A stretch of DNA of 64,000 nucleotides from Rhodothermales bacterium (GTDB lineage: Bacteria > Bacteroidota > Rhodothermia > Rhodothermales > Bin80): contig OZ244857.1 of the NCBI GenBank assembly GCA_965220935.1, forward strand, positions 2,440,929 to 2,504,928, written 5' to 3'. Shown piece after piece: positions 26,057 through 34,800 of the stretch. Position numbers and translations under genes: made by a program. Numbering within the stretch: position 1 is the first letter of the stretch; the number at the start of each line of letters is the position of its first letter. Under the pieces are notes generated by a model. The model was not told where the DNA came from and did not search any database. It saw nothing but the letters and a program-made list of their open reading frames with translations.

Positions 26057-27262
26057 TTACTGCTCACGACTCCACTTGGATGAATCTTTTTCTTGTTTTG
26101 GCAGCTCGCGCCTCACCTTGGATAACTCATCCTCTATCTTCGGCATGTCAACTTGCTTTCTGCCATACGCCTCAATCAGCCATGTTTGCATGGAGGGAAT
26201 CGGCACACCGTAGTATCCGTCTTCGTTCTTATCAATGATTCCTTGCTCAAGCGCTTGCTTGAAGAGATTGTCTGCTACTTCAGGAGGATACTCCTCTTCA
26301 AGAATAGATATAATTGACGTGCGCGTCGTAGTTCCACCAATTGGGAGATGGGCGAGAGATCTGGCGAGAGATTGACGTTGCTCCCCGTCAATATCATGTG
26401 CACGCTGCCTGTAATACCGAAGTCGTGACTCCGCCCCCTTTTCAAGGACAATCCGCAGGCCCGCATCCGTCATTTGATGATTGTTAGATTTAAGATAATT
26501 AGCAGCAGGCTTAACATAGGAAATGATATGCTGTGGCCATCCATGCGTTTGCTCAGAGATGGACTCAATCCATGGAGTTGGATCATCTATCGCTCCACCT
26601 GCTTCCGTGAGCCAATCTCGGATCACTTTATATTCTGAATCTTTATCCAATCGCCCCAGATTTATTAAAGATTCTCCTTCAAATCGTGATATGCCCAGTG
26701 AGTTAAAAGCAGACTCGGTCGTGCCAAGTCCAGCGGCCAGAAGAATGACTGGACGATCTAACCGCCCATTATGAACCGCCTTGAGTACGTTGGCGGCAAC
26801 CGTGTGCTGTTGACCAACTGGCTTGTTTGAACCTCCAAGCATCTGCGCCTCGTCCAAGATGAGAAGTAAAGGTTTCCTCCCAGACTTGAGGACTTTTTTG
26901 ATGGTTTCGGCAGAATCCTTTACACTTATTTCAATGCTCCCAACCTCTGGTAGCCCTGCGTTCACCTTTCCACTAAGCTTTTTTAGTATATTCCGATCTG
27001 GAATGGATTCGCGGAGGGTCTTAACATCCCAAAGAGCGGGCGCATCAATTTCAGCAGTTTTCCATTTTCGGTCCTCAGCAACCAGCCTCAGTTGATCAAG
27101 TAATGCCGTCTTTCCCGCGCCTGGTGCTCCTTGTATCAGGAAAGTGGATCCCCTTTTTTTGGAGAGATAGCGTTTAAGGGCGCTGGTAAACATGTCAATA
27201 ACTTCTTGCCTCCCGTGAAAATATTCAGCAGGTCCTCGATCCTCAATGAAATCAGAACTCAT
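26057..27262 (-). CDS. P-loop NTPase paralogue B (ORC/Cdc6-like or AAA_16/AAA_22-like ATPase with a probable winged-helix C-terminus)
   Basis: 401 aa. It carries FHGRQEVIDMF...FLIQGAPGAGKTALL (Walker A), LLLILDEAQ (Walker B) and THGWPQHI. It differs from copy A at only 4 residues over the first ~280 aa. Confidence 0.75.
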   Translation of the reverse strand: MSSDFIEDRGPAEYFHGRQEVIDMFTSALKRYLSKKRGSTFLIQGAPGAGKTALLDQLRLVAEDRKWKTAEIDAPALWDVKTLRESIPDRNILKKLSGKVNAGLPEVGSIEISVKDSAETIKKVLKSGRKPLLLILDEAQMLGGSNKPVGQQHTVAANVLKAVHNGRLDRPVILLAAGLGTTESAFNSLGISRFEGESLINLGRLDKDSEYKVIRDWLTEAGGAIDDPTPWIESISEQTHGWPQHIISYVKPAANYLKSNNHQMTDAGLRIVLEKGAESRLRYYRQRAHDIDGEQRQSLARSLAHLPIGGTTTRTSIISILEEEYPPEVADNLFKQALEQGIIDKNEDGYYGVPIPSMQTWLIEAYGRKQVDMPKIEDELSKVRRELPKQEKDSSKWSREQ

Positions 27263-27340
27263 AATATTTTTGGGTTGATTTAATGATTAGATACACGCAA
27301 AACGCTGGAAATTTCATCTCGGTTGATCATGTCGTAGCAT

Positions 27341-28555
27341 TTACTGCTCACGACTCCACTTGGATGAATCTTTTTCTTGTTTTGGCAGCTCGCGCCTCAC
27401 CTTGTACGACTCATACTCTATTTTCGGCATGTCAATCTGCTTTCGGCCATACGCCTCAATCAGCCATGTTTGCATGGAGGGAATCGGCACACCGTAGTAT
27501 CCGTCTTCGTTCTTATCAATGATTCCTTGCTCAAGCGCTTGCTTGAAGAGATTGTCTGCTACTTCAGGAGGATACTCCTCTTCAAGAATAGATATAATTG
27601 ACGTGCGCGTCGTAGTTCCACCAATTGGGAGATGGGCGAGAGATCTGGCGAGAGATTGACGTTGCTCCCCGTCAATATCATGTGCACGCTGTCTGTAATA
27701 CCGAAGCCGAGACTCCGCACCCTTTTCAAGGACAATCCGCAAGCCCGCATCCGTCATTTGATGGTTGTTGGACTTAAGATAACCAACAGCAGGCTTAACA
27801 TAGGAAATGATATGCTGTGGCCATCCATGCGTTTCCTTGGCAATGACATCAATCCATGGATCGGGATTCCCCTCGGCAGCACCTACTTCCGTGAGCCAAT
27901 CCCGGATCACTTCATGTTCTGAATCTTTATCCAATCGCCCCAGATTTATTAAAGATTCTCCTTCAAATCGTGATATATTAAATGATTTAAAAGCAGACAC
28001 GGTCGTTCCAAGTCCAGCGGTAAGAAGCATGACAGGCCTTCCCAAGTCACCATTGTGTATTTTGCCAAGTACACTAGTAACTACACCCCTCACCCCATCA
28101 GGAACCACTCTATCTGACCCCAGAGACTGGGCTTCATCCAAGATGAGCAGGAGCGGATTCTTGTCATCTTGGAGGATTTTCATTATCGTGAGTGCAACAG
28201 GACTGGCTTCAACAGAAAATCCAGCGCTAGCTTTGATAATTTTCTCAACGCCAACTTCCGCAGATGCCCCAGTAATACGCATTCCAGATTTCTTTCCAAG
28301 ACAGTGCGAGAGATCCTCTGGGCTCCATAAAGCGTTTGGGTAAATATCCGCGATTTGCCATTTCTTCTTTACTATCTTTTTGCACTCATGAAGAAGTGCG
28401 GTCTTGCCCGCGCCTGGTGCCCCTTGTATAAGGAATGTGGTTCCTCTTTTTTTGGAGAGATAGCGTTTAAGTGCGCTGGTAAAAGTGTCAATAATTTCTT
28501 GTCTCCCGTGAAAATATTCAGCTGGACCTCGATCCTCAATGAAATCAGAACTCAT
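27341..28555 (-). CDS. P-loop NTPase paralogue C
   Basis: 404 aa. The N-terminal ~50 aa and C-terminal ~140 aa are nearly identical to copy B. The segment between Walker A and Walker B (LHECKKIVKKKWQIADIY...ILQDDKNP) is divergent. Confidence 0.75.
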   Translation of the reverse strand: MSSDFIEDRGPAEYFHGRQEIIDTFTSALKRYLSKKRGTTFLIQGAPGAGKTALLHECKKIVKKKWQIADIYPNALWSPEDLSHCLGKKSGMRITGASAEVGVEKIIKASAGFSVEASPVALTIMKILQDDKNPLLLILDEAQSLGSDRVVPDGVRGVVTSVLGKIHNGDLGRPVMLLTAGLGTTVSAFKSFNISRFEGESLINLGRLDKDSEHEVIRDWLTEVGAAEGNPDPWIDVIAKETHGWPQHIISYVKPAVGYLKSNNHQMTDAGLRIVLEKGAESRLRYYRQRAHDIDGEQRQSLARSLAHLPIGGTTTRTSIISILEEEYPPEVADNLFKQALEQGIIDKNEDGYYGVPIPSMQTWLIEAYGRKQIDMPKIEYESYKVRRELPKQEKDSSKWSREQ

Positions 28556-28579
28556 AATATTTTTGGGTTGATTTAATGG

Positions 28580-29920
28580 TTAGATACACGCAAAACGCTG
28601 GAAATTCATCTCTGTTGATTGAAAAGTAGCGTTACCCCTCACGACTCCACTTTGATGGTCTTTTTCTGGTTTAGGCGACTCATCCTCTATCTTCGGCATG
28701 TCAATCTGCTTTCGGCCATACGCCTCAATCAGCCATGTTTGCATGGACGGAATCGGCACACCGTAGTATCCGTCTTCGTTCTTATCAATGATTCCTTGCT
28801 CAAGCGCTTGCTTGAAGAGATTGTCTGCTGCTTCTTTGGAATACGCTTGCTTGAGTGAAGATTTGATGTCATCAATCATCATGGTGTCCCCTAATGGAAT
28901 ATCATTGAATGTTTTTGCGAGAACCTGTCGTTTCCTCTTATCAATGCCGTGAGCGCGCTGTCTATAACACATCGCCCGACGCTCCGCCCCCTTTTCAAGT
29001 ACTATCCGCAAGCCCGCATCCGTCATTTGATGATTGTTAGATTTAACATAACTAGTAGCAGGCTTAATATAGGAAATGATATGCTGTGGCCATCCATGCG
29101 TTTGCTCAGAGATGGTCTCAATCCATGGAGTTGGATCATCTATCGCTCCACCTGCTTCCGTGAGCCAATCTCGGATCACTTCATATTCTGAATCTTTATC
29201 CAATCGCCCCAGATTTATTAAAGATTCTCCTTCAAATCGTGATATGCCCAGTGAGTTAAAAGCAGACTTGGTCGTTCCGAGCCCAGCGGCGAGAAGAATG
29301 ACTGGACGATCTAACCGCCCATTATGAATCGCCTTGAGTACGTTGGCGGCAACCGTGTGCTGTTGACCAACTGGCTTGTTTGAACCTCCAAGCATCTGCG
29401 CCTCGTCCAAGATGAGAAGTAAAGGTTTTCTCCCCGACTTGAGCACTTTTTTGATGGTTTCGGCAGAATCCTTCACACTTATTTCAATGCTCCCAACCTC
29501 TGGTAGCCCTGCGTTCACCTTTCCACTAAGCTTTTTTAGTATATTCCGATCTGGAATGGATTCGCGGAGGGTCTTAACATCCCAAAGAGCGGGCGCATCA
29601 ATTTCAGCAGTTTTCCATTTTCGGTCCTCAGCAACCAGCCTCAGTTGATCAAGTAATGCCGTCTTTCCCGCGCCTGGTGCTCCTTGTATCAGGAAAGTGG
29701 CTCCCGCTTTAAGTGTGGTGGATTCAGAGAGGACTGTCTCAAATCTGGATATAATGTCTTCCCTTCCGTGAAAAAATGCCGCAGGTCCACGATCACGCCC
29801 AGTTGCGGGAGTCGGCGACTTCCCGTCATCGGGAGTTTGTGTAGACGGCTTTGAATGTGGATAGCGGAACATGGTTAGATGATGTGGACGAATTTGTCTA
29901 CTCATCTCTGTACGCCCCAC
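28580..29920 (-). CDS. P-loop NTPase paralogue D (unique N-terminal extension)
   Basis: 446 aa in the track (GTG start); ATG alternatives at 29905 or 29872 are possible. The first ~70 aa are unique and Pro/Thr-rich. The core is near-identical to A/B, and the C-terminal type is shared with the disrupted copy A. Confidence 0.7.
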   Translation of the reverse strand: MGRTEMSRQIRPHHLTMFRYPHSKPSTQTPDDGKSPTPATGRDRGPAAFFHGREDIISRFETVLSESTTLKAGATFLIQGAPGAGKTALLDQLRLVAEDRKWKTAEIDAPALWDVKTLRESIPDRNILKKLSGKVNAGLPEVGSIEISVKDSAETIKKVLKSGRKPLLLILDEAQMLGGSNKPVGQQHTVAANVLKAIHNGRLDRPVILLAAGLGTTKSAFNSLGISRFEGESLINLGRLDKDSEYEVIRDWLTEAGGAIDDPTPWIETISEQTHGWPQHIISYIKPATSYVKSNNHQMTDAGLRIVLEKGAERRAMCYRQRAHGIDKRKRQVLAKTFNDIPLGDTMMIDDIKSSLKQAYSKEAADNLFKQALEQGIIDKNEDGYYGVPIPSMQTWLIEAYGRKQIDMPKIEDESPKPEKDHQSGVVRGNATFQSTEMNFQRFACI

Positions 29921-31081
29921 CGCGCGATTCGTTCAGTGGTCAATAAGTAAAGTATTTCGTGATGTGGCAGATCCCCTATCTGGTTATTAGAGAATCATCC
30001 TTTGCCATAGACCCTATCTATTTGGGCTTCCATATGGGTGTATGGGATCTCTGGCTGTGCTTAAGTCGTATTACGATTAGAGCAAAACTTTTGCATCTCC
30101 GTTGATCATACAGTAGCATTTATCGATCCGTAGAATGCTTTTATACACTTTTTATTGTTTTTTAGTGGATGGCTATTTTATGGAGTTACTGTCTCACCAA
30201 CAATTGAACTGCTTTTGGACAATACACGACAAATATAGTATATCCACTAAATCAGCACTGCACAATACCTGACTTTCCTAACCAGTAGTGCGCTGAATGT
30301 AGATTCCCACACCTCTGCGATAGAATATCTTCTATATCATAAGGTTCCTATTAGCAAACGCAATGGTATTAGATGTGATTCTCTCGCATTCAGAATCCTC
30401 CCTTGTCCTAATCCGTGCAACGCCTGTGGTTTGAAATAACCTGCCCAACCGACACGCCCATTATTTTGTTGCGCTCTTGGGTTGACGTGACCCAAGCTAG
30501 TACCTGATAGACGATGTAGCTGACTCTCAGATCGTACATGTCTACCTTGAGTAGAAAGCAGTACACCATACAACGCTTCTTCGCGAAGCATCAATCTGTC
30601 GCAGAGAGTCCGTCAACCATCCTGCTACACAAGTAGTGGACTAACTGATACCGCAGATTTACCCCCATTTATGAATTTTGGAGTATTTCGGGTAGGATTT
30701 TTACCCTTTAAATCTCATGCATGTATCTTCAATAGATTTTTCCAGTGTCCACCACCTGAATAGACTGTACATGTTATCACTTCTTTGCTCCACGAAGAGA
30801 CTGTTTGCGTTAACAAATGCCTTCCCATGTACCTCCACAGACGGATTGCGTCTTTCCAGAAAAAACCGATTTTGACTGAATTGATCACGAAATAATCTCA
30901 GTGTGGTGGCATAATTAGTTTTCAGTATTAAAATCTGAAAAGATGAGGTTTAATTTAGGGAATTATATACGTGAGTACCCAAAGAATGGAACCATTCTAT
31001 TTGAGAGGGTGCAACAGACACAATAGGATAGAGGAGATTCTACCCTATTGCTTACCATAACATCAACTTGTACTTGACATT

Positions 31082-31374
31082 ATGCCTGTTCAAAAGGCTT
31101 ATAACCCTTCGGGTTCAAACTGTTCCTATCGTGGAATAGAGTATCGCCTATTATCTGGCACGCAGTGGAAAGCCCATCTCTTGTCAGGGCTTTGCGGAGC
31201 ATGCAGGTTTGTATGGAATACGTTTCTTGACCAAATCAACAGGGACTATAAAGACGAACATAAGGATAATCCAGAATTGACCTGGCCGTCATTAAGTAGG
31301 AGATACACTTCTTTTCGCCAACCATTTCTTGGTTGAATCGGTACTCGTCCAATATTGTACGAAACACCTTAAAG
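31082..31374 (+). pseudogene. tnpB: tnpB (RuvC-like RNA-guided nuclease family) 5' portion, with a frameshift near 31320
   Basis: The track ORF 31082..31336 (MPVQKAYN...GIEYRLLSGTQWKAHLLSGLCGACRFVWNTFL...) is a typical TnpB N-terminus. After a -1 shift, the frame reading ISWLNRYSSNIVRNTLK runs to 31374, where the insertion begins. Confidence 0.75.
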
Positions 31375-31800
31375 GTATCGTTACGAAAATCTCGTGTGAC
31401 ATGATCTATTGGTTGAGATCTGTCTGGACAAAATAGTTGAATTAAAGTTCGTCATCCATGATGTCCCTCAGTGACTACCTGTTTTACGGTAGTGCTGGTA
31501 GCTTAACGTACAACCGACAGAACCACATTTAACTCATTCATAGTGATGTTCTGGCAATATATCATCTGCTCTTCATCGCCAACAAAATCTCAAAATGAAC
31601 CTTTGCAATCTTTTGACTGTAAGAAGTGATTGATTGGTACGAGAATTTTTTCTTAACAATTGGCATCGTTCATAAACTCGTTTATTTGTTATGTTAGTCT
31701 TCAATATCCTACTCTACGTTTCTCTTGTTGGTCACGGATCTGTTGTGAGTCCTGACGCTCCATACGCAGCAGGTGTGAATAACCCTGTTCTGAAGTCTAC

Positions 31801-31811
31801 CCCCCCCCCCC
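31801..31811 (+). repeat. Homopolymeric C11 tract followed by T6, 28 nt upstream of the FN3 ORF
   Basis: Read directly from the sequence: a31800, then c x11 (31801-31811), then attttttc. Confidence 0.9.
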
Positions 31812-31838
31812 ATTTTTTCTTCACCCAGCGAGACGGGT

Positions 31839-34800
31839 GTGCAGTTGAGCGCATGTTATAGATCAGATGTCGCGTGTGAGATAGGGACTGGAAGTGATGA
31901 TGTTGTTCATTCAAGCGCGCATTTGTTTTCTGGCATAACTTCTGATCGGGTGCGCCCTGACAAGGAGGTGAATTCTTTGCCCTTGAAGGCACGTAAACGC
32001 CCGCCCGGAAAACCCACGGGCGTAACCGTTGCACCCTATGAAACCGGGCGCAATGCACGCGAGACCCTTTCCATTTCCTGGACGGCCAACCCCAATGGGA
32101 ATAAAGCCATCACAGGGCATGAGATTGAGTGGTCGTCGGATGGAACCTCAGACTGGAAGGATCTTCGCACGGTTGCAGGCGGACTAACGGAAACGCTTTT
32201 CACTGGCCTCTCGCCAGGCACCACACGCCATATCCGGATCCGAAGTAGGGATGACGACGGCGATGGCCCCTGGTCCGATGTCGTCTCTGGGACGACCAAT
32301 CCGGTGGGCAGACCAGGTCCACCTGCGACGAGTTCAGCCACGGTTAGTTCATCCACTATTAATCTTTCGTGGACCGCACCATTGGATGATGGAGGCTCGC
32401 CGATTACGGCATACGCGATTTCGGGTTATGTAGATGATGGTAAGTTTGCGCCTGAGACTAGCTTTTCAGCCACCACCAAACCTGATGTCAGAAGTTACAC
32501 TGTCACTGGGCTTATGGCATCCACAAAATATATCATTAGTATAAATGCAAGAAATTCTGTTGGTATCAGTCAAACTGCTCAAGTTATCCAAGCCACCACT
32601 AATGCAGTGGGCAGACCAGGTCCACCTGCGACGAGTTCAGCCACGGTTAGTTCATCCACTATTAATCTTTCGTGGACCGCACCATTGGATGATGGAGGCT
32701 CGCCGATTACGGCATACGCGATTTCGGGTTATGTAGATGATGGTAAGTTTGCGCCTGAGACTAGCTTTGCAGCCACCACCAAACCTGATGTCAGAAGTTA
32801 CACTGTCACTGGGCTTATGGCATCCACAAAATATATCATTAGTATAAATGCAAGAAATTCTGTTGGTATCAGTCAAACTGCTCAAGTTATCCAAGCCACC
32901 ACCGCGGCCATCACCGCCCCGGCCGCTCCGACGGGATTAACGGCCACGGCCGATGGTCCGACGAAGATCAAGTTAACATGGACGGCCCCTTCGGACAACG
33001 GCGGCGCGGCCATCACGGGCTACAAGATTGAGTCAAGGCTGCGATCCGAAACCAGCTTCAGCACTCTCGTCACTGACACCAAAACCACCAAAACGGACAC
33101 GACGCATACGGGGCTCGCGCCATCGACCCAGCGGTTTTACCGGGTCCGCGCGATCAATTCCGAAGGAGCAGGGGCGGCATCCAGTTCCGCCACGGCCATC
33201 ACGGCCGCGGCCACGCGCCCCAGTGCCCCCAGGAACTTGACCGCCACGGCTTCGGGCCGCACCACGATCATCCTAAACTGGACGGCCCCTGCAGATGACG
33301 GCGGCTCAGCCATTACCTATTATCGCGTTGGCGTGTCAACGAATCAAGGAACTAGTTGGACCGGTTTGGCCGACGTCCGGGGAGCCACCACCTATTCGCA
33401 TACGGGGCTTTCGGCGGGGACGCGGCGCGATTACCGGGTGGTTGCGGCCAATAGTTCGGGGCGGGGCTTTAGTGATCGCTCGAATGTGGCCAATGCCACG
33501 ACCGCCGCAGCCACAGCCCCGGGTGCTCCCAGCAGTGTCACGGCCACGGCCGACGGGCAAACGGTGATCAATTTGACATGGACGCTCCCGGCCGATGATG
33601 GGGGCAAGGCCATTTTGGGCTACCGGGTGCAGTGGTCGTCCAACGGAAATCCGCCCTGGACGAATGTTACGCCTGCACACACCGGAACAGGTCGCACCTA
33701 CCGCCATACGGGGCTCAGCGCAGGCACGACGCGACATTACCGGGTCTTTGCCCGCAACTCGGTGGGTGAGGGCACCAGTTCTGGTACCGTCAATGCGACC
33801 ACGGCGGCCGCACCGACCCTCACCACGCCCGCGGCCCCCACGGGGTTAAGGGCCGAGGCCGAAGGCCCGGAAACGATCAGCCTATCCTGGAACGCGCCCA
33901 CCAATACCGGGGGCGCAGCCATTACGGGCTACCAGATTGAAGTCTCGCCCAATGGCACCTCTAACTGGGATGATTTGGTGGCCAATACTGGGTCCACCAC
34001 GACCGGCTATGTCCATGGGGGCTTGGATGCCGGCACCAGGCGGTACTACCGGGTCAGCGCGATCAATTCGCAGGGAGCGGGGGCCGTCTCCAATGTGGCC
34101 AATACCACGACCCTCCCTGCCACGGTCCCTGCGGCCCCTACGGAGTTGACCGCTGCGGCCGACGGGCAAACGATCATCAACCTGTCTTGGAAAGCCCCGA
34201 CCAATAGAGGCGGGGTACCGCTTACCGGCTACCAGATTGAAGTCTCGCCCAATGGCACGGACACGTGGACCAATATTACGCCTGCACACACGGGAACGGG
34301 GCGCACCTACAGCCATACGGGGCTCACGGCCGGCACGACGCGGTATTACCGGGTCTATGCCAGAAATTCAAAGGGGACCAGTGCAGCAGCGTCCAATGTG
34401 GCCAGTGCCACGACCACCGCCGCCGCCACAGCCCCGGGTGCCCCGCCCAATTTACAGGTTTTTCCTACAGGTTTTCATGATGTGAGACTTACCTGGGGAC
34501 GTCCGCCCAGTGATTCGCCGATCACAGGATACAAGGTGGAATGGTCTACCGATGGTGGCACCAACTGGGAGACGTTGATTGGATACGACGATCTGACTCG
34601 GACGAGGTACGAGTTTCTCAGTAGTCGCTTGACGCCGGGGAGCGTGTTTCATTTTCGGGTTCTGGCACGCAGTGCATTGGGAGATAGTGACCCTTCGGAT
34701 GCAGTGTCGGTCACAGCCGCCTCGGCCCCTAGGTCAGGCATTGCCACCAATGTAGGGGTGAGTCAGACGTCGGCCAACGCGGCGCAAATTTCCTGGGATG

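Noticed and set aside
25121-29648. Recurrent plus-strand ORFs of 79-178 aa (for example 25248..25499, 25548..25820, 26523..26774, 26823..27095, 27807..28343, 29076..29327, 29376..29648) that look like a conserved small-protein family.
   Set aside because: They are antisense shadows of the minus-strand ATPase paralogues. They repeat only because the ATPase genes repeat, and they have no independent motifs. The ATPase frame carries clear Walker A/B motifs.
22199-29920. Whether the regularly spaced repeats could be a CRISPR-like or other non-coding repeat array.
   Set aside because: The repeat units are ~1.25-kb protein-coding genes with intact ATPase motifs. There are no short direct repeats separated by unique spacers.
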